Source: Tubiluchus corallicola
Lineage: Eukaryota; Animalia; Priapulida
Reading direction: 5' to 3'
DNA: 64,000 nucleotides
Assembly: GCA_030141605.1 (NCBI GenBank)
Contig: JAQGDQ010000168.1
Coordinates: 1 to 64,000, forward strand
A program made the position numbers and the translations under genes. Shown here in pieces: positions 62,095 through 64,000 of this stretch (position 1 is the first letter of the stretch; each line of letters begins with the position of its first letter). The notes beneath the pieces are model-generated. The model was given only the letters and a program-made list of their open reading frames with translations, ran no database searches and had not been told where the DNA came from.

Positions 62095-64000
62095 GCTAAT
62101 AAAAACAAATTATTATTCAACAACTGTTTTGAACAGTTTTCACAACTGTTCGCTTTACCTGTTACTAGCAGTACGGTAAACTGTATGACTAATGGAGATT
62201 CAAGGTACGTACAGAAATTCTTTCTCGTTGCAACGAGCTATACTTTAATTTGTAGAAAAAATGACAGCGTCTAGGATTCATTAAGGTCCAGTTACACCAC
62301 TCTCTACAATATTGTCGAGCAGGAAGAAATCCGAAAGATAATTTCAAAATGCCAAACGGTCCGATATTAAATTAGGATGAATATAATAGCGTTCATGCAC
62401 AATTTCTTTGAACCACACCAATATTAGTCAGCTTATAGCGCATTACCGTGTAACAGGTGTGTTGTCGCGTGAATTCCTTCTAATCTTATTGCAGTACAGT
62501 TATCAGCAATTTGTAGCAACAGAGAACCGAAGCTTACGAAGTCATGTGAAATAAACTAGCAAACATGAAAAACAAAAAAGCAGAACAGCCATCATAATAA
62601 AAAAGCGAAAACGTTAACTACATTTTAGCACACATTTGCGTTATCATTCGGTATATGATTATTGGCAATGAAATGAATAATGAGAAAGTATATTTAGGAC
62701 TACCCAAGATTATGTGTACTATTTGGCTGCTCTGTGCAGATATTTTGAAACTACATTGCTTTTCAATCGTGTACTGCATTCATTATCACTATTTTTAAAG
62801 TGAAAACATGTACATTCCTTACTAACGGTGCGAGGACGAAACGCGAGTCTCGAGTTCAACATTAGAAGTACCTGCCAAATGCAAGGAATTTTACAAAGTA
62901 TATGGCACTTTACATAAGCTGATTAATTTAAATGACAAAAAAGGGGCACCTTTTGTAGGTTTCAGAGAAATCCCTTTAAAAAATTACTTGCTGTATACTT
63001 TACAGCATTTTTATGCATATACCGTACTCGCGTTAAAAGGAACTCTTGTTTGTTTTCATTTTAAATCTCCCGCAATACTGTTCCCACCGCGCCATTACAG
63101 AACGTCACTACGCAAACGTAAATCAGGGGAAGATAAAGAGATGTTAAACTATGTCCCAAAATCTTTCCATGCAAGTCTATAATGCTTAGCATTTTGCTTA
63201 AATGCTGGAAAGACTTATGTAACTAGAAATAATAATTTAAAACGTTCGTGCCAATTGGAAAATATCGCTGGCAGGGTCTCTCCAGGGTGCGCCACTCACT
63301 AACCAAAAACGTGTTTTTAATCTTATTAACAAGATACAGTGATTTAAATTATAAAATTTTACTTTGTTAGCAACTGGTGTGCTACGCATGCTCTGACTAT
63401 TTTTTCAAACTTCACGCAATGTCGTCTAAACTTGTTTCAAATGACCTACCGTCAAAATGACTGCGCCTAACGGTCATCGCAGGAGTTTAAATTTTCCCTG
63501 CCGACGCAAGCCCTGCATGCAAAAAGGCAGTGTATAAGTGGTATAAAATTTCAAGACTAATTTTTCAATGTTAAGTGGAGGGTTTTCTTGTGCTTTAAGT
63601 AAAAAACGTGGTGAGATGATAAATTATGTTCTAGACCCACCCCTACTCTTCCTTGAATTACATGCAGTAAAATTAGGTAGCTTCGTTGGGGTCGCAATCT
63701 CTTAGCGTATCGATAATAATGACCCACTACTGTAATAGTTTTGTACAATCTTACCTGAGATACGTGCTATGATGTTGGCCCCATCTGCGTGAGATGCTTT
63801 TTAAATCATCATCACTCATATCATCGGCTCACAAAGTTTGACCTAGAGATGCAGTACTATAGTTGTTCAATAGATATGTAAACCACTTATAAAGGAGGAA
63901 TAGTTAACAACGGAAGCATTGTACTGATTCGTTTTTCAACAATTAACACTAACGTGGTTTCTAAGTTTTATAATTATGTATAAAGTACAAGCGCGAACGT

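Noticed and set aside
62095-63760. Further upstream coding exons of the TJAP1-like gene (donors at ~62158 and ~63754)
   Set aside because: The 62159 exon has an in-frame stop; these are probably 5'UTR exons and cannot be supported as CDS

Overview
AT-rich eukaryotic (invertebrate-animal-like) genomic DNA with short GT-AG introns. Gene models were built by hand from splice sites and reading phase. Left to right: LINE debris; COG2 (+, 18 exons); an intronless D-cysteine desulfhydrase/ACC-deaminase-family gene (-); MAD2L1BP/p31comet (-, 2 exons). The 6.6-kb p31comet intron holds a second, same-strand intronless D-cysteine-desulfhydrase paralog, a decayed hAT transposase and a decayed CR1-like LINE. 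Next come DNPH1/RCL (+, head-to-head with p31comet), two tandem dispanin/CD225 genes (+) and a TJAP1/BEGAIN-like coiled-coil gene (-). MITEs, tRNA- and 5S-derived SINE-like fragments and more LINEs lie in the introns. Most notable: (1) a phase-0 splice acceptor in front of the nested desulfhydrase that would join it in frame to p31comet exon 1; (2) a DNPH1 with Asn at the catalytic Asp position plus an extra acidic-tail exon; (3) a CR1-like LINE with a clean 5' inversion in twin-priming geometry; (4) linkage of DNPH1, MAD2L1BP and a TJAP1-like gene, as on human 6p21.1. No searches were run, so all family calls rest on recognised motifs.
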